From NCBI RefSeq assembly GCF_964355755.1, contig NC_092672.1, forward strand, positions 16,120,001 to 16,184,000: a DNA stretch of 64,000 bases. Direction: 5' to 3'. Origin of the DNA: Antedon mediterranea (Eukaryota; Animalia; Echinodermata). Positions 52,661 to 64,000 of this stretch are shown one piece after another (position 1 is the stretch's first letter; every line of letters starts with the position of its first letter). A program made the translations under genes and the position numbers. The notes under the pieces were generated by a model that worked only from the letters and a program-made list of their open reading frames with translations, was not told the origin of the DNA and made no database searches.

Positions 52661-53561
52661 CTGTAAATGGTAAACATTACAAATTGTTATTCACTGGGCT
52701 AGTTACAGTAGAACTATTTTACCATATTTTGCTGCTGATTAGTTTGAAGGGTACTCCAGGAAAATGTTTTTTTTTGGGAAATATTAATTTAAATCACGAG
52801 TCATGTTTGTTTAAGTTATCACAAACAAATACATTTTTTATTAACAAGTTAACTAAATGTGGAGTAGGTATTGTACTGTACGTTTTACTGGAAAAAAAAG
52901 GGGGTAACCCAAAACAAATTTACAATATAAAAACTGAAACGTAATTTGGTATGGAATTACAGGCATTTAAATATAAACACTCAAAAAATATCCCAGGGAG
53001 AAACCAGTCTGCTCCACCTACTGTACTTTATAATTGACATAATATTGACAGTTTAGTGGGCTCTATGTTTTTAAGTAATATTGAAAACAAAGGGCTCCAA
53101 ATAAAACACACTATTGAGAATTTTTAGTAGGAGACTCTGTTTTCATAATTTCACAGAAATAGAAAACACCACCCTCTTGAACATAATATTGAACTTTTGT
53201 GGGGAGGGGTCTCTATTTCCAAAAACCCGAAAACAGAGACCCAGTGTATAGAATACAATATTGAGAAGATTTTTTAGTAGAGATCTCTGATTTTGAGTTT
53301 TCTTGCAAAGAGAGACCACAGTAAAACTTTTCAATATTGTGTTAGTTGGTCCCCATTTTCAAGGTCTCTCAAAACCCCTACTGTGTTTTACGACAAAACA
53401 AAAAAAATCTTAAACATAATATTGAAAACTTTTAGTGGCAGTTTCTGTTTTCGAAAACAGAAAAACAGGGACCCAGTATGAATACAATATTGAATAATAA
53501 CAATATTTTGAGTGGAGATCTTCGTTTTCAAGGAGTCCAGACAATAGCGACCGCCCTATTA

Positions 53562-53726
53562 AGCTCTGTCTACACTATAAAACTTTATGTGACAAAAAAA
53601 TGTGATGTGCCAAAATATGGACATGATTATGTCTTAATACCAGTACCGTATTTAAGCATATCACTACCAAAATTTGGGCACATTACATTTTTTTGTCACA
53701 TAAATAGTTTGATAGTGTAGACAGAG
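53562..53726. mobile_element. Harbinger-like palindromic MITE (AGCTCTGTCTACAC...GTGTAGACAGAG); last bases displaced to 57393-57394 by a LINE insertion
   Basis: Foldback structure; TIR completed by CT(TAA) after the LINE tail. Confidence 0.75.
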
Positions 53727-56700
53727 GGCGCTACACTGAGGGCGACCACCAAGGTTCGGAAATTGTCTTGTTATATCGTCTTAAATTTGTTGTTTCTGTG
53801 ATATTTTTGTATCCAGTTGCCTTATTTATACTTTCATTATGTATCTAAGTATAGTTATATCGTGTTTCGAGCTCTGGTTTTTGTTGGTTTTCGATGGAAT
53901 TGGTAGTTGTTTGTCGACGGTACCACCTAGGCCGAGTTACCCACCCCGCTACATCACGTATAGCCGCGAGGAGCTCATTCAACTCCGACCTGCGTTACCC
54001 GGCGTGCAACGTAAATCTAGGCCTAGTGCCACCGACACTGACACGTTAGGAGCGCAGATCAAAAACAGGAAACGAGGGAGAAGAGGTGGCCTTAAAGCTA
54101 GACTTAAACGCCGTAAGTTTTCTGCTCCTCTACCCTCTATACTAACAGGAAATGCTCAGTCACTCCGCAATAAACTGGATGAGTTGAAAGCATGCACCCT
54201 TTATCTCAAGGATTATCGTGATGCAAATTTGATATGTATGTCTGAGACATGGTTTACAGATACTGATTCTGAGTTGGATACAAACATCGACGGATTCTCA
54301 TGTGAAAGGTCTGACCGAACACTAGACTCTGGAAAATCCATTGGAGGCGGTGTTTGCGTTTTTGTCAACAGTCTATGGTGCAACAGTGTTACGGTGAAAT
54401 ATCGACGGTGTACTACTAACTATGAACTCATTACTGCTTCGTCCATTTTATCTTCCTCGCGAGTTCAATAAAATTTTTGTCACAGTAGTCTACATCCACC
54501 CAAGAGCTGATATGAAAGTAGCTGCATCTGACATTCAAACCATATTAAGTGAGCTGGACACAGAATCCCCTGATGCTGTTAAGTTAGTCACTGGTGACTT
54601 TAACTCGTGCGACCTCAAGAAGGTTTCGAATTATTATCAGTACATAGACTTTCCCACACGCGGTGACAAAATACTTGATTGTTGTTACGGCAACATTAAG
54701 AACGCGTACAAGTCGTCGCCTAAGGCAGGTCTTGGTAAATCAGATCACAAGATGATTCATTTAATACCAGCTTATAAACAAAAGTTAAAACAAAGTAAAC
54801 CAATGGTCAAGGAAATCAAAGTGTGGACAAATGATAGTATGGAGGAATTTAAAGGATGTCTTGAAGCTACGAATTGGGATGTGTTTATGAATACAGATTC
54901 TATTGACGCCACTATGGAAACAATTGTTGAATACATTAATTTTTGTGAGTCTAGCATCATTAAAAAGAAGGAAATCAAAATTTATCCAAATAGTAAACCA
55001 TGGGTCACTAAGGATCTCCGAGAACTTTTACAGCAAAAACAACAAGCTGTTCGCAATAATGATGTTATGGAAAAGAAGCGTATTCAGAAGTTAATGAAAA
55101 AGCGAATTAATGATGCCAAACGCAAATTTGGAGAGAAAATAAAGAATGATTTTGATAGCGGTAACCCCAAGCAAGCATGGAATGGATTAAAGAAAGTTAT
55201 TGAAAACGCGAAAAGGCAGAACCCAACAATAGTTCCATCCGGATACCGACCATTGGACTTTGCAAATAAACTAAATATATTTTTTAACAGATTTGATAAT
55301 GATGACCAAATTAATATTTTGTATATTTTTAATATAATAGCCCCAATAAATAAAGTACCTAAGCCGAAAATATTAAATGATTATCGTCCTGTTGCTCTAA
55401 CCCAAATTATTACAAAGTGCTTTGAGAGGCTATTTAAAGAGTATTGATTAAAGAAACGTTGCCTTTTGTTGATAATAATCAGTTTGCATACTGTAGTAAT
55501 AGAGGTGTCGACGATGCAATAACTACCCTCTTGCATCCAATCTATGAAACTTTGGATAAACCTAGGCAATATGTAAGGACGTTATTTTTAGATTTTTCTT
55601 CGGCTTTCAATTCAATGAAACCAAACATACTTCTTGATAAATTAGTTAGTATGAATGTTAATCCTTTTGTTTGTCTGGATCAGAGATTTCTTGAAAAACA
55701 GAACCCAGCGTGTTAGAATTGATAATGTTTTGTCTGATATCATTGTTTCAAACACCGGTGCCCCACAGGGATGCGTGTTAGTTATCTCCGTTGTTGTTCA
55801 CATTATATACAAGCGACCTTAGAAGTGAATCATGTCAAATAGTTAAATTTGCTGATGACACCTGTATCACAGGCTTAAATGTAAACAATGATGAGAGCAC
55901 GTATAGAACTGAAGTTAATAATATAATTAACTGGTGTGATATGAACTGTCTAAGTATTAATGTAAATAAAACAAAGGAAATTGTGTTTGACTTTCGTAAA
56001 ATTAAGAGGCAACTTATACCTTTAAATATCAAAGATAATGATGTCCGCACAACTAGTGAACATAAATATTTAGGAGTATGGATAGATGAAAAACTGTCAT
56101 GGAACGCCAACACTGCCAAAGTCTATGCGAAGGCAAACCAAAGATTGTACTTCTTAAGGAAATTAAGAAACTTTAAGATTGGCAGAGATGCGCTGTCTCT
56201 ATTCCATCAGGCTATGATACAGTCCATATTAACATTTTGCTGTATTGTATGGCTAAATAGTTTATCTAAGTACTGTATAACTCAAATAAATTACAGAGAA
56301 TAAGAAAAATGGCTAAGAAGGTAATAGGTGCAAACGTCCCATCTATCCATGATATATGCGATAAGGTTATGGAGAAAAAACTAAAATGTATAATTAACGA
56401 CCAGCCTCATCCTCTTTTTAACTTTATAAATTTCAGTAGATCCGGAAGGATGATTCATTCAATTAAGAAGACTGAGCGTCATAATAAATCATTTCTTCCA
56501 TGTGCAATCAGGCAATACAACAAGCAATTTAAAAGATAACTTGAGACGTTTTATATTTTATTCTTTATATAGTATTTTAATATTTATACTGTTCATAATG
56601 TTTTATACATAGCATATTTTCTTATATATTATCTTATCCATTGTATAGTATTGTATGTTTTTAAAGCCCCATTCCCTACGTTTTTTAGATCTAATTTAAG

Positions 56701-57386
56701 ATCACAAACTATATTTAATGTAAAAATAATACTATATGGTCCTATTGCGATAACTTTTTTCGTCTTTAAACGGTTAAAAATGTGAAAAATAAATCGATTT
56801 TAATAATTATAGCGGCCCGCTATAAATCCCAAAATGCATTGCGCGCGGATTGATATTGTTGTTTTTCACCTGTAATTCGCCCACTTTTCGATCGATCGTG
56901 AAGCCAAAACAAATGGAAGACTCCTAACTTTTCAGCGAAAATACCGGGTTTTCCCCAATTTGTATCAACGGAGTCTGGAAAAAATAGAAAGACAATTAAT
57001 GCAGCAACTATACAACGTCAGGCTAGGTATATAGCTAGTGTACGATGTTCGTACGTTACCGATGTTTACCAGCAAGGCCTACAAAACTAAGCCTAGCTAG
57101 GCTAGGCCTGAGACCGTCCACGAGAGGTCGATCGCCGCGAGCTACTTAGGTAGTGCATTGTTTCTCACTTTTTATCATAATTTACCATAAAACGTACATT
57201 TAAGACAAGGAATGACATGGTTTAATGTTTTTAAAGTGATATATATGTATTATTTTCCAAAAAACGTCCAAAATTGCAGGGAAGGGGTCTTTAACTGTTG
57301 TTATTTTTATTGTAATTTGAACCTTGGAAGGCAAATTTCATTTACTGTGTATTTGACAATAAATTTTAACTTGAACTTGAACTTGA
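53727..57386 (+). mobile_element. Rex1/Babar-clade LINE with both ends present, disrupted ORF (EN + RT)
   Basis: YSREEL..RKRGRRGG..LPSILTGNAQSLRNKLDEL, GDFN, SDH, DYRPVALT, QFAY..RGVDDAI, DFSSAFN, KFADD, HPLF..SGR..SFLPCAI motifs. (ACTTGA)n tail; TSD ACAGAG at 53721-53726 and 57387-57392. Confidence 0.92.
56665..57290. mobile_element. Kolobok-like non-autonomous element in the LINE 3' UTR
   Basis: TTAA TSD; near-identical to 6323-6947. Confidence 0.85.
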
Positions 57387-59288
57387 ACAGAGCTTAACAC
57401 AATATTGAAAATTTCTAGTCGGCCTCTGTATTTTTAAAGATTTCTTGAAAATAGAGACCACAATATTGAGAAGTTTTAATGGGGGATCTGTGTTTTCGAG
57501 ATTTCTTGAAAACACCACCTTACTATATCCAGAACCTTTCAAAAGGTGGTCTCAGTTTTAAAATTTCTTAAAATCAGAAACCTTTGGTAAAGAACACAAT
57601 ATCGAAATGTTTATTGGTGATTTGTTATTTTACAAAAATCTCTGGGACGGACCCTAGAACATAAGATTGAGATTTCTTAGTGCGGTCTCAGTTTTCATGA
57701 AATCTAAAAAACAGAGACCGCCCTATAGAACACTATTGAGAAGTTTTAGTGGGGGTCTGTGTTTTGAGATATCTTATGGTCTCTGTTTTTTTAATTTATT
57801 TTTATAAAACAGAGATCTCCCTAAAGAACACAATATTGAAAAGTTTAGTGGCAATCTCAATTTTCGAGAAATATCGATAATCACACACAAAAATATTGGG
57901 ACATTTGAAAAGATTCTCTGTTTTCAAGATTTCTAAAAAAAAACACAGACCTTTTTCGGTTGACGACGACGACCTAGAATTGGACGACCCATAAAACGAA
58001 ACAGACGACCCCTATAGCCTAGCCTAGGCCTAACAGTGTGGTATAACATCCCGAAGCCGAACATAGCCAAAGAACTTTAAACCATACATTATAATATAAT
58101 ACTCGCAAGCAAGCAATTGATTGAAAAAATACAGAAATATCGCCATTTGATACTGAATGTGTCGACACAAACAAACAAACAGATATGGAACGCCAAGAGT
58201 GCATCATTAAAACTGTATTCGACATATTAAAAATAAATTTAAAAGAAATAAATATTATACATTACATGGTTAAACCATGGACGTATAATGCATGCATGGG
58301 GAGGGCCATAAGAAAGCTTTAAATTTCACACATGCATTGTATACGGTCAAACCTACCCGCCGCTGAAAAGGGGCCGTTTTGACCTGGTTTGTTGCCATGT
58401 TTATGATATTTCGTGTGCCAATCGAGTCTCATGCATATGCAAAAGGAATGTTTTGTCTCTGTTTGCGTGCTCATGATTTTACAAAATATTTTCAGAGTGA
58501 TAATGATGGTGCGATCCGTGGTACAGAAAATAAAATAATTCCGATATTGTTCCTGATAACAAAGAAGCAGATTAAATATAATTGTTTATTTGACCCATTT
58601 GGCTAGATGCCTAGAAAGACTTTCTATGATACTACCTACTCACTAGCGGCCTAATTAAAGTAAAAAACAGTATACTACTACTACTAGAGTAGTAGTTTAG
58701 TACACTACCCACTATCAGGCCATTCATATCCTCCTTCATCGTTACCGCGTGGCATCGTGCAGATGTACTAGCTAACTACACTTCCCACCCTAGCTCTAGC
58801 TAGACCTACGCTGCCACTAGGACTAGCCTATTTCGGGTCTCATGTCTTGCAACATTTGGAAATACATACTATAATACCGTAACATTATTATTATTTTTTA
58901 TTCGCACTGGAAGTATCTAGGCTTTCCGGTTTGTTAAAATTGAATATATTATTTATTATCCTCAGCAGTGAAAACAATTATATTTTGTTGTATATGCCGT
59001 GATTTTAATTTTCAAAAACATGATCGTCAGTTCAGGGAGTTGTTATTAGATGGAGTAACAGCATAGTATGTTCTTTTGATCAGTCTACTTTTCCGACAGG
59101 AAGTAAAATAGATAAGATTTAATCCCCGATAAACAGTTCCTCATCAAATAAACAATTTTCCCTGACGTAATCAATGACACGCGCATGCGCAGAAAAGTCA
59201 AAGTTGCTTCGCTTCGCTTGAATAACTCTGGCCTACGTCAGACATCGTCATGGTGTTTCAGGAAGCCAGATGATACAATCGCGACACA

Positions 59289-61804
59289 ATGACAACTAAC
59301 GACTTCTATACCGATGTAGACTTTTCCGATTTAGATTTCGATGATAGCGATTTAGAAGATGTTGATCTAAATGAAAATGTGCCAATGTATTGCCCATGTG
59401 GGGAAAGTTGTGACGATCAAATGATCGCTTGTGAAGGAAAAGCATGTCCTATGAATGGTTCCATTTTGAATGTGTGAAGCTCAAATCTTCTGAAGTTCCA
59501 GCTGGCAATGGGTTTGTGAGCAATGCTGTCAACAACACGACGTTAATAATATTGGGCATAGACCTGGCTCAAGTAGGCCTAGTGTTAAGCGACATAGGCC
59601 TCCTAGTAGTAGTAGGCCTCCTAGTAGTAGTAGTACTACTACTCAAGAAACAGGTTAGTAACTGGTGTAGCCTATTCAATATTTGATATTACTGCAGCCT
59701 ACCGTTCCTAGCTAGAATCTCTAGGAAAGAAAGGAGGCCTTTTACGTTTTTTTACAGGTATTTATTCATTGAACTTTAATATTTCATCAGGAAGGAAGGG
59801 AGGGACGGACTGTCAACTAGGGGCTAGGCCTACCCCAATTATATTTCGGTATCTTTTATTCATCAAGTATATACATAAAACAATTCATGGCAGTATAAAC
59901 TGAATTGCGAACTGAGTAGTTAAAAAACATTATACAAAATATACAGAATTAAACAAAATGAGCAAAATGAAGATTAATACAATAGTTAAGTTACGGTGCA
60001 AAGTCAATTAATTAGTAGAAAAATATCTTTAAAAATATATACAATGTTTAAATATATAAAAATAAATAAATATAGAAATATAAATATATAAATATATAGT
60101 TTTCATTTTCATTCTATTTCGTTCGTTCGTTTAGTAATTTAACCATTGATGGTATAGGGGAGCATTGGAATCGTTTAGTTCTACATTTATATTCTTTGTA
60201 TTTAAGTGAGTTTCGCATATTCATGTTATGTGTTTTATTGTTTAGTGAGAACAATAAAAACAACTTTCTGATAATGCAGTATTATTTCCATTTATTAATT
60301 ATGACCTGGGCTGTCACTACTGACAAGTGGGAAGATTTATGTATTTTTCATTTGTTAACAAATGCCGGGAGTTGTAATAATTGACAACGCCCGATTAAAT
60401 GTATGACCAGGGAGTTATGTTAATTGTTTTTTTTCAATTCTAGACAAAGATGTTCCTGCACAGACCAGGGAACTCCCTGCACAGACAAAGAAGAAAGGGG
60501 CTACAGTGCAGAAGAAAAAATCAGGTACTGTACAGTACTGTATATCTAAATGTAACCAAGGCTTTTAATGAATGATATACTGTACTGTAAATAAAAATAA
60601 CCGATATACTGAGTCATTTTTTAATTCTTTTTATTAAATACATATTTAAAAATAAATACATGTATGCACAACAGATTGTCTTTTTAATAGAGTGGTTCTG
60701 ACTATTTACTTATCAATCATGTACAAATAACAATGTTTAATGTTTAAGCTGTATGCATGACATCATCATTTTTCACTGCTTTATTAATTTTAGAAAATTG
60801 CAAAAGACCAGCACCAAAATATTCAATAGAAGATGCCAAGCATTCAATTCGAGGAATATTCATCACATCACTAAAATCTCTGCAAGTTCACCCTGTGTAT
60901 AGCGGACCATTTAAACAAGCAAAATGCATGCAAGAGCTTATCACATACCTATATAATAATGTTGATGAAGACAGAGTGAAAGAATTCCTAAGTATACTTT
61001 GCGATGCTCTGTGGCCTGCTCTGTGTTCAGCCGACAACAAGTACCTAGGATCTGAAGCGTATGAATTCATAAATTCTAACATTCATAAAGTGCTGTTGAT
61101 GCCACATGTGGGAAAATCTTGATTTGCTCTCATTGGGTCAGTTGATGGTGAAAATAAAACGTATGGTATCACCTTAATGTATTTAGTTTTAGATATAGGG
61201 AAAAAGCTAATGAAAATAAGAAATGATGTAGATAAACCAAAGGTCATCCACAAAACAGTAACGGATGCTATGACTACTGAAGAGGAACAGGTACTCCGTT
61301 ACGTAGCGGGATATATCCCTTACGCATTACACAAACGACTTCAGAACACACGCTCAGATGAGCTGTGTAAAATAATTAAAACTTGGATAGTGCGAAGTGA
61401 ATCCAGCGATTCGGATGATTTTCTATCATATACTCAACAATGGATTAGTAAACAAAACAGAGGTGGCTTGTTCACTGTTAATGATGACACATACAGATTT
61501 TTCTGATCATTAGAATTTGTATTTAGGGAACATTTGAATGAGAACCTTATAACATACAAAGAAGAAAATCTAAAAGCTATTGTATTACAACAGATAATGG
61601 AATCAGAAAATGTAAATAACTTGTGGGACAAATTGTAGCTTATCTGTAAAAGCATCCACAAAATTGTTAACAACAGTTGTTTGTTATTACATTAAGATTC
61701 GTTGCAAAGCATTTATTAATGTGCATCTTCAAATCAAGAAAAAAAATGATAGAAACATCTCACGGAAAAAAGAGAAAAGTCTTCGTAAGGAACTTGCGAA
61801 TTAG
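59289..61804 (+). pseudogene. Spliced transposon accessory gene: acidic N-terminus + PHD finger, then YVAGY/RGGL domain
   Basis: Exon 1 gives YCPC..MIAC..C.YEWFHFECV..WVCEQC after two 1-nt frameshift repairs. Exon 60444-60524 (ag/gt). Exon 60794-61804 has EEEQVLRYVAGY, WISKQNRGGLF, KSLRKEL and premature stops. AATAAA at ~61848. Confidence 0.75.
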
Positions 61805-61887
61805 AACACTTGGACCATTACATGTTACTGTATATACATAGTGAAAGAATAAAGTTCATGATATTACATGGATATCATGTGTTCATA

Positions 61888-62204
61888 TTACTTGTAGTTA
61901 CTAGTTGTGGTTCTGTTTTGCTTTGGTAACGGTGCATCATCCAGTTTTGCTTCCACAGTCCTATTTACGTTATTGCAGTTTCCCTTGTTGGTCTTTTGGG
62001 CATACAAAAATGATGTACCGGTTGCGTGAAGTGCTAGGTAACTGTTACGAAATTGTTCTAGTGTTGGGTTTGTGTTGCTGCCTCCTGCTCCTCTTTGTTT
62101 TGAAAAGTACTCTTCAAGGGGATCCTGACAAAACTTTTCACTCGGGATATATTCCACATCTGGTTCTTTAAGTAACGTTTTGGCAAGCTCAGTGAATGAT
62201 AACA
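61888..62204 (-). pseudogene. Last exon of a P-element/THAP9-like transposase
   Basis: Y..SEKFCQDPLEEYFSKQRGAGGSNTNPTLEQF matches the P-family QD.LE..F...R..GG...NP motif. Acceptor tttcag at 62205. Upstream exons not recognisable. Confidence 0.8.
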
Positions 62205-63414
62205 CTGAAATGAAAAATTTAATTACATTAATTATAAATATTATTTGTTCGATGATACATATTTGGTAATGGTTGAGGACAGGCTGGTTGAGGACTATAG
62301 TTATTAGACCATCTCCCTGGCTAGGCCTAGTAGGCCTAGGCCCTGGTGGTGTACCTGGTGCATCACCAGAATCGGCGATTCCAGCCGCCAACAAACATAC
62401 GATCGGAGGGTGTTAATTACCCAGATTACACGCTGGCGTTTATCACTATTGACAACATGCCCACACCTATAAAAACATGTTGTATTTTAACCAAAATTAC
62501 GATTATGTAAGAAACTGTAAGAAAATAAGATATCAAGAGAATGATAGAAGACATACTCTTTTAAATATTAGCGCTGGTGTTAAAATGGAGAAACGTGCGG
62601 AAAATGTCAAATATTAACTTTAAAACTTACCAAAAGTCTCTGAAAATCACGAAAGAAGGTCTACAAACAAACAGATGAACGTACACTTTGAATTATCGTA
62701 ACTTTTTAACGAAAGGTCGGAATTTAAAGCGGTTTTTTGTAAAATATGTATTGCAGAATTCTCAAATGACGTAAACAAATTGTAAAGCTATAGACGAAGA
62801 AGGAATTATCTGCGCATGCCTACAATGTTTGTTTGTCAGGAATGCATCGAAAGTCTTTACTCAAAATGGACGAATCCCGGCGATAGAGGGCCTGGCATCG
62901 TCGGCAAAGTAGACTCCAAACAACAGGCAGGAAATTAGTGCCAGTTGACTGCATAATCCTTTGAGGTTCCTGTATACCGCTCGTCGCTTATTGGCTGTAG
63001 ATCAGTTGATAAATTTGTTGTTACTCCATCTAATAACAACTCCCTGGTCAGTCGATGGCTCAAGAGTTTCAATAAATCTCGCGGTGCGTGTGTGGTGGTG
63101 GAAAACACTCACAGCAAGTTTGCTTCATTAATATGCATGAGACTCTGTGACGAACCACTTTAACGTGACGTCATTTTACTTAGCTGCATGCGAAGAAGTA
63201 GTCTCACGCTCAACAGACTTTGATATCGGACACACTGTATATTCGATCGATTTAAACATATAGATAGATATAGATAGTCAATAGAAGTAAAATGACCAAA
63301 AAATCTGCTATAATTGATAATTAATTGCACGAATTTGGAAGTGGGGCCTTTGTTTTTCAAGAGGGTTCGCTGGTATACCAGTCTTATACACCTAATATTA
63401 ATGTCGATTGGTAA

Positions 63415-64000
63415 ACTCACTGGAATGGTGATTTTAGTTGTACAAAAGGCTTTTGATTCTGTGAATTATTATATTCTATGCGATAAACTATCATAGTTTA
63501 AGTGCATCAATTGGTTTAGGAATTATTTATCCACTCGTCAACAATTAGTATAGATATAAATAGTGTAAAGTTGGAGTATAAAGAAATAGAATGTGGAGTC
63601 CCACAGGGTAGCCTTCTCGGACCCTTGATATTTTTACCATCTATACCAACGATGTCGATGATGATTGTAAGATGCTTCTCTATGCCGATGAAGTGCAATG
63701 AATGGTTTACTGATAATAAGCTATCCCTTCATCCTAAAAAAAACCGAGTGTATTTTATACAGTAAAATGGTTGACGATTTGATTCAGATCGAACACCTCG
63801 GCCAGATTATCAAAGGAAGTAAATCTGTATCGATATAGACTAAAATGTTAACGGTGACAATGTAGCTAGTTCAGTCGTTAATAAAGCGAATTCACGTTTC
63901 CTATTTCAACAATCACCCTATCTTAACCAACATTGTCGAAGAATTTTTGCTTTTTCGTTGATTCAACCATTATTTGACTATTCGAGCTCATCATGGATCT
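63415..64000 (+). mobile_element. Degraded L2/Crack-like LINE RT fragment
   Basis: QKAFDSVN, CGVPQGSLLGPL, LLYAD, LIQP.FDY motifs with frameshifts. Confidence 0.8.

Larger units (their letters stand above)
53080..57950. repeat. Diverged ~60-bp satellite (CACAATATTGAGAA..TAGTGG..CTCTGTTTTC..ACAGAGACC), split by nested insertions at 53562-57394
   Basis: Same unit visible at 53080-53560 and 57397-57950. Confidence 0.7.
59033..63046. mobile_element. P-superfamily (P/Galileo/THAP9-like) DNA transposon, internally deleted, two convergent genes
   Basis: 28-bp perfect TIR CAGGGAGTTGTTATTAGATGGAGTAACA; 7-bp flanks GTCAGTT/GTCAGTC; P-type transposase motif inside. Confidence 0.85.

Noticed and set aside
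59289-59530. Host ING-family gene
   Set aside because: Only the PHD finger resembles ING; it is N-terminal, frameshifted and lies inside transposon TIRs.
62340-62460. THAP domain remnant of the transposase (R..W....VC)
   Set aside because: Too weak; the CxxxC and HF residues are not found.

Overview
AT-rich metazoan (invertebrate) genomic DNA, not prokaryotic. The abundant TAGGCCTA motifs and repeat families suggest a marine invertebrate, possibly an echinoderm, but the taxon is inferred. Most or all of the window lies inside one large minus-strand gene, an SGSM1/2 (RUTBC, RUN + PH-like + TBC RabGAP) orthologue. Eight GT-AG exons between 52660 and 8684 splice in one continuous frame; the first exon and the TBC-encoding exons were not found. 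The introns are packed with often nested mobile DNA: Rex1/Babar, RTE, L2/Crack, R4/Dong and Penelope retroelements; a 5S+tRNA+Deu-domain SINE; Kolobok-, Harbinger-, MULE/Rehavkus- and hAT-like non-autonomous elements; and Helentron-like units carrying tRNA-Val copies. The most notable item is a 4.0-kb P-superfamily transposon (28-bp TIR, 7-bp TSD). It pairs a transposase remnant with a convergent spliced gene encoding a PHD finger plus the YxAGY/RGGL domain that normally forms the transposase C-terminus. Several 19-21 bp palindromes with perfect 7-bp TSDs look like P-type excision footprints, and one has an empty paralogous site inside the window. All alignments and family assignments were made by eye and from memory; no searches were run.
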